From Pelagomonas calceolata (Eukaryota), in assembly GCA_918797485.1 (NCBI GenBank), contig CAKKNE010000002.1, positions 5,332,001 to 5,396,000 on the forward strand: a DNA stretch of 64,000 nucleotides, read 5' to 3'. Shown piece by piece: positions 52,301-57,921 of this stretch (the first letter of the stretch is position 1; every line of letters starts with the position of its first letter). The translations under genes and the position numbers were made by a program. Below the pieces are notes generated by a model that worked only from the letters and a program-made list of their open reading frames with translations, did not search any database and was not told where the DNA came from.

Positions 52301-53245
52301 CCCGCAGGCGTCGACCGCGTTGGCGAGGCGGTGGCTCCGCGCGGCGCAGGATTCGATCCAAGCGAGGTTCAGAGAACGGGGCAAGAAGCTCCGGGACGAC
52401 TGCGAGGAATGTTTAGGAGAGATGCCCGAGGAGGACGAGTGGTTCTACGGCGCCGATCTGCGGTTTGAAGGAAGGCAGGTGCTGACGCGCGGCGATGCGT
52501 TACGGGCCGATCAACTCACCCTAGAAGCCGAGGCCGCCGTGCGCGTGCGTCGCATCGAGGCGGACTTCCAGGTCTTCGAGCAGGAGAAGCAGGTTCGTTT
52601 GGCTGCGTCTTGTTTGTTCTGGTGCCTTCGCCTTCGCCGCGGCACGCCATCGCCGCGGCGCGTTACGCCGTCGCCGCACCGCCCTACGCCGTCGCCGCGG
52701 CCCTTCACCTTCTTACGATCCCGCAGGCGACGATCGACGAGGAGCGGGCCGTCTTCGAGGCCAAACTGCAGAAGCTCGCCGACGAGGCGAATCGGAAGCT
52801 GGAGTTGCGGACGCGGGAGCTCGAACGCACGAAAGATTTGAGGAGGGAGGAATGCGACGCCGCCGAGAAGAAGGAGCGCGACGAGGAAGGCGCCGCGTCA
52901 AGTGCTACCTTAGCGAAGCACCGCGACATCCTCGACTCTATTGATCAGGAGATCGAGGGCGCGCGGGAGGCCGTCGAGAAACAACGAAAAGCGTACGAGG
53001 GCGAGCAGCGCGGCTTCTTCGACCGGCACGAGAGCCTCCAGATCCAGGTGATTGCCGATCGGCGGATCTCGGCGATCACGAACATCCGCCAGATCAGGAA
53101 AGAAACCCAAGCCAAAATTCGGGGCGACGAGAACAAGTGGCAGAACGACGCCGCGCGCTGGTTGAGTACTGGTAGGAGGAAGGTCGAGCTCAAGAAGCGC
53201 GAGGACGCGGACATGGAAGCTGCTAAAAGGCGGCGGGGGCAGTAG
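10302..53245 (+). CDS. Giant (~13,200 aa) cell-surface multi-pass membrane protein: signal peptide, dozens of IPT/TIG repeats, EVQ-type repeats, GCC2/GCC3-like Cys repeats, TM bundle, coiled coil
   Basis: 32.3-kb first exon 10302-42644. Introns: 42645-42826, 44249-44409, 44561-44677, 45147-45356, 45489-45779, 46649-46896, 47192-47387, 47704-47867, 48316-48463, 48587-48862, 49023-49075, 49620-49719, 49761-49879, 50030-50271, 50396-50650, 51086-51312, 51598-51730, 52220-52307, 52593-52726. They total 3344 nt, leaving 39600 nt = 13200 codons. Donors at 44249, 46649 and 47192 are less certain. Confidence 0.8.
42645..42826 (+). mobile_element. Introner intron, CCT2-type family
   Basis: CAGTGAGGAAATCAAAGTTCAAGCGCCCTTCAATT...GACTCACTGGTTGATTTCCACACAG is colinear with the CCT2 intron. 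The TSD copies do not match. Confidence 0.85.
44249..44409 (+). mobile_element. Introner intron, palindromic family (3' half)
   Basis: The 3' ~95 nt are nearly identical to the end of intron 50030-50271 (AGAGACCACCCATCGCC...AAACCGCCGCCACACGCAG). Donor position uncertain. Confidence 0.7.
44561..44677 (+). mobile_element. GC-AG introner intron (117 nt, in frame, stop-free)
   Basis: TSD GCATGGGC/GCATGTGG (6/8). Ends CAGCGTCGA...TCCACGCAG. Shares GTATCCCTCGGAGGTCGTGTCCGAG with the CCT2 intron. Confidence 0.8.
45147..45356 (+). mobile_element. Introner intron, palindromic family (210 nt, in frame, stop-free)
   Basis: GTACG/GTACG flanks. Shares CGGTCCGAA..GGCTCAAATTTGGACCAG and GATGGACACGAGTCGCGTCGA with sister introns. 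Confidence 0.75.
45489..45779 (+). mobile_element. Introner intron, palindromic family
   Basis: Phase-2 GT-AG restores the frame (LPP|SKGELL). Shares GCCTTCACGCCATCGACGCG, GTGGGTGGTTTCTTT and GCGATGCTCCGCGCAG blocks. Confidence 0.75.
46649..46896 (+). mobile_element. Introner intron, palindromic family (probable GC donor)
   Basis: Internal inverted repeat TTCGGACCGCGTCG / CGACGCGGTCCGAA. The frame requires a phase-1 donor, and GC at 46649 fits. Confidence 0.7.
47192..47387 (+). mobile_element. Introner intron, sister of 48316-48463
   Basis: Ends GAGCGAGCTCTGACGGCATCGATCCGCGCAG versus GAGCGAGCTCCGACGGCGTCGATCCGCACAG. Confidence 0.7.
47704..47867 (+). mobile_element. Repeat-family intron, sister of 49761-49879
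   Basis: Both start GTCAGTGACTCRGCGTGATTTCCTTCMATTTCTCAACTTGAAKTTTGGGAAGATGGCGTC. Confidence 0.75.
48316..48463 (+). mobile_element. Introner intron, sister of 47192-47387
   Basis: Phase-1 GT-AG. Shares the GTGGGTGGT..TTT..GATTTTGAGC.GTTTCGGAC block and the 3' end. Confidence 0.75.
48587..48862 (+). mobile_element. GC-AG introner intron, CCT2-type, with ~100-nt internal insertion
   Basis: TSD GCACGTGC/GCATGTAC (6/8). TTCAAGCGCCCTTCAATTCGGGGTCTCTCG as in the CCT2 intron. Ends GGTTGATTTCCACGCAG. Confidence 0.85.
49023..49075 (+). mobile_element. 53-nt GC-AG intron, deletion-type relative of 49620-49719
   Basis: Shares GACGCAGCGTCTGAACTTCAA, TTCRTGATCRCACGA and CCCCRCGCAG. Removal gives HWLW|TGVMFNAYYNFLLEFSY. 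Confidence 0.7.
49620..49719 (+). mobile_element. Introner-related intron
   Basis: Phase-0 GT-AG with an in-frame stop inside. Followed by a 41-nt exon (ETQITIKYGISTFM). Confidence 0.75.
49761..49879 (+). mobile_element. Repeat-family intron, sister of 47704-47867
   Basis: Phase-2 GT-AG; ~58-nt 5' block nearly identical to 47704. Confidence 0.75.
50030..50271 (+). mobile_element. Introner intron, palindromic family
   Basis: Fold-back pairs CCGCGGTG/CACCGCGG and TTCGGACCG/CGGTCCGAA. Removal gives YRFSVRDQR|WMMNSKVLDESI. Confidence 0.8.
50396..50658 (+). mobile_element. Introner forming intron 50396-50650
   Basis: TSD GTGACGAT/GTCACGAT (7/8). TIR CTGTGCGGAAATCAA/TTGATTTCCACACAG (14/15). Confidence 0.9.
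51086..52726 (+). repeat. Four consecutive related phase-0 introns (51086-51312, 51598-51730, 52220-52307, 52593-52726)
   Basis: All start GTTYGT..GCGTCTT and carry ACGCCRTCGCCGCG units. No clear TIR or TSD. Confidence 0.75.
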
Positions 53246-53426
53246 GCTTGCTGCTATTCATTGTGTAAGAATTATAGATATTATTAACATGGCTGTTCGT
53301 TCGTCCGTAGTCCGTTGTGGGGGCGCCGGCGCGCACGCGCGTCGGGGACGGCTGTTCGCTCACGCACCGACTCTCGGCTCGCACGAATCGTCCGTGAACC
53401 CGTGCGGTCGCGGTCTTCAGCGTGGT

Positions 53427-53656
53427 ACGGCGTCGTAGACCGCGACGAGCAGCAGCTGCGCGTCGCCGCCGGCCTTCTCCCGCAGGCCCGTCGCCGCGAT
53501 GGCTGTTTCCAACGCTTTGCGGTGCCGCCGCACCTCGGAGACGAGCGCCACGGTCCTCGGCGGGTTCTGTGTCTTGTAGGCTGCCGTCTTCAGCGTGGTG
53601 CGGCCGCCGTCGACCGCTTTGAGGCATTTTGCCGCGTCGCGGTAGTGGGACGCCAT
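53427..53656 (-). pseudogene. NSUN5: Truncated 5' copy of NSUN5
   Basis: MASHYRDAAKCLK...VAVYDAV matches the protein start at 57692 (silent changes only), then homology stops and the ORF ends at 53417. Confidence 0.8.
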
Positions 53657-53777
53657 CTGTTCGCTCCGAGGGCCCTAATTGGCGCCGGCCATCGCCGCCC
53701 TGCCGGCGCCTCGGGTTTTCCTGTAACCCGGTACTAGAGGCAAAAAACAAACAAAAAATCAAGAGTCGCATTGATCG

Positions 53778-53961
53778 ACCCACTGGTAGGTAAAGCTACC
53801 GGGTACAGGTCGTAGGATCGAAACCTACAGTTGCAATACAAGCTTCTTGATGCATTCGTAGATGTCTGCTACGAAGTCACAAACTTGGCGCAGCGGTAAA
53901 AGCTCTAACAGGATTTTCTGTCAGCGCGGTGTTCCATTCACGTGGAAACGTTCGGCCCATA
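53778..53961 (+). tRNA. Circularly permuted initiator tRNA-Met(CAT) with four BHB-like introns
   Basis: Pieces in genomic order: nt38-43 53778-53783; nt44-73 53807-53836; nt1-3 53851-53853; nt4-21 53882-53898; nt22-29 53924-53931; nt30-37 53954-53961. Assembled: TGCAACT TG GCGC AGCGGTA GCGC G GTGGG CCCATAA CCCAC AGGTC GTAGG ATCGAAA CCTAC AGTTGCA A. All four stems are fully Watson-Crick; initiator marks G29-31:C39-41, A54 and A60 are present. Confidence 0.88.
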
Positions 53962-53978
53962 CTCGCTAGCGGCTCTTC

Positions 53979-53985
53979 TTTTTTT
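53979..53985 (+). terminator. Pol III oligo(T) terminator of the permuted pre-tRNA
   Basis: T7 run just after the trailer GCGGCTCTT (53969-53977), which pairs with the leader AAGAGTCGC (53761-53769). Confidence 0.75.
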
Positions 53986-54155
53986 GCTCCCTGGGTGCTC
54001 GGACCCTCGGACCGCGCTTTGACGCTGGCTTGGGGCGAGGTAGGACCCCTATGGTGGCTGTACGACCCCACTCCGTCCACGCGCCCCAATTTCATCAAAG
54101 GCAGGATTCCGCGGACGAAACGCACACGGTCAACCGAGGGTCCTATCTTGGGACG
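53986..54155. ncRNA. Candidate structured RNA of unknown family (also at ~57205-57375)
   Basis: Nested helices: GGACCCTCGG 54001-54010 / CCGAGGGTCC 54134-54143; CTTTGA/TCAAAG; TTGGGGCG 54030-54037 / CGCCCCAA 54082-54089. Appears identical in both arms. Confidence 0.35.
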
Positions 54156-54358
54156 CAGAGTGACGTGGGAGGCGTCTAGATCACCCGCCAACGCGAGGAC
54201 AAGCCATGGGGCTAGGCGCACAAGACGAAGGGCCCACCGGCGCGATCGTAAGAAGCAACAACAGTTATATATCTAAGAGCCCGCAGATTCAGCAGCGTCG
54301 AACCGGACCCACAGCCGCCGAGGCACGGCGACCACCGGCGCCGACGCGGGCGACAGAG

Positions 54359-54736
54359 TCACGACGAGCCCGAGGGGGGCGCCGCCGGCTTCCGCGCGCG
54401 CGAGAATTTTTTGCACTGCCGCAGCGCGCGGCCCAGCGGGCTCGGGGAGCCCTGCTCGGCGCCCGCGCCGTCGTCGCCCCCGGCCGCCGGCGTCGTCGTC
54501 GCGCCCGCGCTGTTCGCGCGGGTGGCGTCGACGCCGCCGGATGTTGAAGACGACGACGACGAGCCGCTCCGCTCACAGGCCTCGTCGGCGACGCCCGTCG
54601 GCGACGACGATGACGTCTCGGCAGCCTTCGGTTGTCGCACGACGCGCGATTGCTGCTCTCCGCTTGGCTGCTCCGCCTTGTCCGTCACACGAGGCGCATT
54701 GCTGGCAGCTTTTTTCGCCTTGCGGAAGAATGACAT
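54359..54736 (-). CDS. Hypothetical low-complexity protein
   Basis: ATG-start 125-aa ORF, Ser/Ala-rich. Its 3' end runs into the duplication arm. Confidence 0.3.
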   Translation of the reverse strand: MSFFRKAKKAASNAPRVTDKAEQPSGEQQSRVVRQPKAAETSSSSPTGVADEACERSGSSSSSSTSGGVDATRANSAGATTTPAAGGDDGAGAEQGSPSPLGRALRQCKKFSRARKPAAPPSGSS

Positions 54737-55120
54737 ATGTCAGTAGCGTGTCCTGCACCGCAGTGCTCGCGACTCAACTGCTGCTGCTCGTGAGCGCAGT
54801 GAGAGCACAATTCGAGTCGTGAGGCTGGCAAACTTGAACGGGCATGGCCCGCCCCAGGATGGATCCTCTCGCCGGGCGATCTTTCGCGGGAGATCATCGA
54901 AGCGTCGAAAAGACACAGACACGTCTTCTTGGGGCGCGGGTTTTGGTCAGGTCATTGTGGACTCATTTGCCGACAGCGCCTTCAGGCGACCAGCGAACAA
55001 CTCACGCGAGTTGCATACGGTAGCCCAAGGTCGCGGCGCGTGATCTGGACCGCGGCGCGCACTCGCGCATCTCGATTCTCGACCTAGAAATTTGACATAG
55101 AAGGCTTTCTGGCTCCCATC

Positions 55121-55615
55121 ATGCAGGACGGCGACGCGACGGACACGGCACGCTCGCAGAAGCGCGAGACGCCCGAGGACACGGACACGGCCCAGGAACC
55201 GGAGCGTCGTGTCCGGCCGCGCGAGACGCCCGTGGGCGCGGCCTCGGCCGCGGCGCCGGAGACCGAAGAAGAGGTCGAGAACGCGCCCGCCAAGGCCGAG
55301 TCCAACAACGGCGACGCGGTCGAAGACAAGGACGGCGAGGACGGCGACACGGTCGCCACAGCGCCTCCAGCGCAGCCGCGCACCAGGGTGTGGTACTCGC
55401 GTGTTCGGGGACTCACCGACGCTGAGCGGGCCGTCCAAAGCAGGGTGAACAATCCTTTCGATGGACCGATGCGCGGACAACTGCCCCCCGTCACTCCCTT
55501 CGACGACGCGCCCCGGATCGGGCGCCCGGCCCGCTGGGTCCGGGAGGAAGTCGAAGTGGAGACCGGACGCGTGGTGAGCCAGGAGCCGATCGAGGGCGAG
55601 CCCCCCCGACATTGA
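55121..55615 (+). CDS. Hypothetical acidic protein
   Basis: ATG-start 164-aa ORF with GC-ending codons; no recognised domain. Confidence 0.45.
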   Translation: MQDGDATDTARSQKRETPEDTDTAQEPERRVRPRETPVGAASAAAPETEEEVENAPAKAESNNGDAVEDKDGEDGDTVATAPPAQPRTRVWYSRVRGLTDAERAVQSRVNNPFDGPMRGQLPPVTPFDDAPRIGRPARWVREEVEVETGRVVSQEPIEGEPPRH

Positions 55616-55866
55616 ATCCCGTGCCCTTCCCTCCGTACTAAAGAAGCACTATATAGCCCCTAGCGTAGTGAGACACTAGAATCCGCAGTGCTGAGAGCAC
55701 CGTGCCCAAACGCAATATACGTGTGCCACTGGCAAGGCAGGCTTCGTGCCGCTCTCACAGCCGTCTGCGCCGATAGAGCGAAACGCTGGCGCGCGGGATG
55801 CCGGAGGTCTAGCTGAGACCCGAGGCTGATCAGCTGACGCTGGGCGGCGCTGTCCACGACAGAATC

Positions 55867-56559
55867 ATGGAGTCGGAGGATGACGGCGAGCGGCCGGGCC
55901 CAATACACGACGCTGCCATCGAATGCGACGTTGAAGCGTTACGAAGCGAGCTCGCGCGGGGCGTGTCGGCGAATCAACGCATCCCAGGCAATGACAACAC
56001 GCCCCTCCATTGGCTCTGCTATAGCGACAAGGCCGACTGGGCGATAGGCGGAGCAGAGTGCTTCCACGTGCTCCTGGCCGCAGGAGCCGATATCAACGCA
56101 GCTTGCGACATCTTTGGTGACACGCCGCTATCCGTGGCAGCTTGTAGAGTGCACCCCAGCTTACAACTGCTCCTCGAGGCAGGGGCTGACGTGAACTTGA
56201 GGCCCCCCGATCAACTTGAGGGCGGCCCCTGGAATTTAACGGCCCTGGAGAAGGTAATTATGTGCCGCGGGTACGGAGCTCGCCGTCGCCGCGCCTACCC
56301 AATTCTTCTCCGTGCGGGCTCTGAACTCCCCACGGCTCAATTCATGCAAGGCGAGCGCGACCGCCTCGGCAATGGGAATGGACAGGGCGTCTTCAGTGAG
56401 CCTTACATTGAGAAGGTGATAACCGCCGGCAGCCTCGCGAACTACGAACGCCTTCACCTTACGAAGCTCACTAGCATGTTCCAGCCGAAGTTCCCGTTTC
56501 TGCCGAAGGAAGTCATCCAGCGCGTCGTCGAATTCTGGTCTCACGCGGGTGATTACTAG
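55867..56559 (+). CDS. Ankyrin-repeat protein
   Basis: PIHDAA, NTPLHWLC, LLAAGADIN, GDTPLSVA, LLLEAGADVN. The C-terminal LPKEVIQRVVEFWSHAGDY tail is typical, from recall, of an expanded pelagophyte family. Confidence 0.85.
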   Translation: MESEDDGERPGPIHDAAIECDVEALRSELARGVSANQRIPGNDNTPLHWLCYSDKADWAIGGAECFHVLLAAGADINAACDIFGDTPLSVAACRVHPSLQLLLEAGADVNLRPPDQLEGGPWNLTALEKVIMCRGYGARRRRAYPILLRAGSELPTAQFMQGERDRLGNGNGQGVFSEPYIEKVITAGSLANYERLHLTKLTSMFQPKFPFLPKEVIQRVVEFWSHAGDY

Positions 56560-56604
56560 TCACGGTACCTAGGGGCGCGCGCGTAACGTGTTGTTCTTGT
56601 ATTC

Positions 56605-56940
56605 GATATCTGAGTGCTGAGGACTAACTAGCTCGCGAATCGCGCGCGTCGCCGGAGTGCTGAGGACTAGCTGCCAACCGAAAACGCCAAAACTGTCACA
56701 TGCGCGGAAGCCGCCTCGGGCTCGTCGTGACTTTGTATTGCGCTATCTGAGTGCTGAGGACTAGCTAGCCCGCGGGACGCGTGTCACCAGAGTGCTGAGG
56801 ACTAGCTAGCAACCGAACAGAAGATCGAACAAAAACCGTAGAAAACCCGCACGATAGAATTCATTGCTCTATCTGAGTGCTGAGGACTAGCTAGCGAGCT
56901 GGACACGGCGTCGCTGGAGTGCTGAGGACTTGCTAGCCAA
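56605..56940. repeat. Six copies of GAGTGCTGAGGACT arranged as three pairs
   Basis: Starts at 56612, 56655, 56749, 56790, 56875 and 56917; spacings 43, 94, 41, 85, 42. Confidence 0.85.
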
Positions 56941-56948
56941 CCCAAAAC

Positions 56949-57921
56949 GCAAAAAATTCTCGCGCGCGCGGAAGCCGGCGGCGCCCCCCTCGGGCTCGTC
57001 GTGACTTTGTCGCCCGCTCCGGCGCTGGTGGTTGCCGCGCCTCGGCGGCCTTGGGTTCGGCTCGACGCTGCTGATTCTGCGGCTCTTAGATATATAACTG
57101 TTGTTGCTTTTACGATCGCGCCGGTGGGCCCTTCGTCTTGTGCGCCTAGCCCCATGGCTTGTCCTCGCGTTGGCGGGTGATCTAGACGCCTCCCACGTCA
57201 CTCTGCGTCCCAAGATAGGACCCTCGGTTGACCGTGTGCGTTTCGTCCGCGGAATCCTGCCTTTGATGAAATTGGGGCGCGTGGACGGAGTGGGGTCGTA
57301 CAGCCACCATAGGGGTCCTACCTCGCCCCAAGCCAGCGTCAAAGCGCGGTCCGAGGGTCCGAGCACCCAGGGAGCAAAAAAAGAAGAGCCGCTAGCGAGT
57401 ATGGGCCGAACGTTTCCACGTGAATGGAACACCGCGCTGACAGAAAATCCTGTTAGAGCTTTTACCGCTGCGCCAAGTTTGTGACTTCGTAGCGCACACA
57501 TTCCATAAAAGCTTGTATTGCAACTGTAGGTTTCGATCCTACGACCTGTACCCGGTAGCTTTACCTACCAGTGGGTCGATCAATGCGACTCTTGATTTTT
57601 TGTTTGTTTTTTGCCTCTAGTACCGGGTTACAGGAAAACCCGAGGCGCGGCGGCGATGGCCGGCGCCAATTAGGGCCCTCGGAGCGAACAGATGGCGTCC
57701 CACTACCGCGACGCGGCAAAATGCCTCAAAGCGGTCGACGGCGGCCGCACCACGCTGAAGACGGCAGCCTACAAGACGCAGAACCCGCCGAGGACCGTGG
57801 CGCTCGTCTCCGAGGTGCGCCGGCATCGCAAGGCGTTGGAAACGGCCATCGCGGCGACGGGCCTGCGGGAGAAGGCCGGCGGCGACGCGCAGCTGCTGCT
57901 CGTGGCGGTCTACGACGCCGT
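56949..57921. repeat. Right arm of the inverted duplication
   Basis: Reverse complement of 53427-54414 with scattered substitutions/indels and one replaced patch at ~57494-57510. Confidence 0.92.
57400..57576 (-). tRNA. Second copy of the permuted tRNA-iMet; spacer and 3/4-intron region altered, possibly non-functional
   Basis: Pieces nt38-43 57576-57571, nt44-73 57547-57518, nt4-21 57479-57463, nt22-29 57437-57430 and nt30-37 57407-57400 are identical to copy 1. TTCTTGATGCATTCGTAGATGTCT is replaced by TTTTATGGAATGTGTGC. Confidence 0.65.

Larger units (their letters stand above)
53427..54414. repeat. Left arm of a ~1-kb inverted duplication (partner 56949-57921)
   Basis: Reverse-complement match covering the NSUN5 5' end, the tRNA locus and the downstream hairpin region. 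Shadow ORFs translate identically in both arms. Confidence 0.92.

Noticed and set aside
10371..53214. Numerous short antisense and alternate-frame ORFs inside the giant gene
   Set aside because: Shadow ORFs expected in high-GC coding DNA; Arg/Ser/Pro-rich with no motifs.
54190..54220. RNase MRP CR-V-like ATGGGGCT
   Set aside because: No matching CR-I (GAAAGTCCCC-like) partner upstream.
53877..54276. 114-204-aa ORFs over the tRNA/hairpin region (also 56887-57501 and 57101-57484)
   Set aside because: Non-ATG starts, no protein-like features, and they overlap the RNA gene; identity between copies reflects the duplication.
55690..55760. tRNA-like fold closed by TGAGAGC/GCTCTCA
   Set aside because: No valid T-loop, D-arm or anticodon arm could be built.
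56605..56940. CRISPR array
   Set aside because: The repeats are only 14-22 bp, spacing alternates, the spacers are related to each other, there are no cas genes, and the context is eukaryotic.
57240..57360. Second permuted tRNA (Ser-like: GAATCCTGC CTTTGAT G ... GTCAAAG)
   Set aside because: An acceptor-like pairing and half a T-arm are present, but I could not find the GCAGGTTC strand, a D-arm, an anticodon arm or a terminator.
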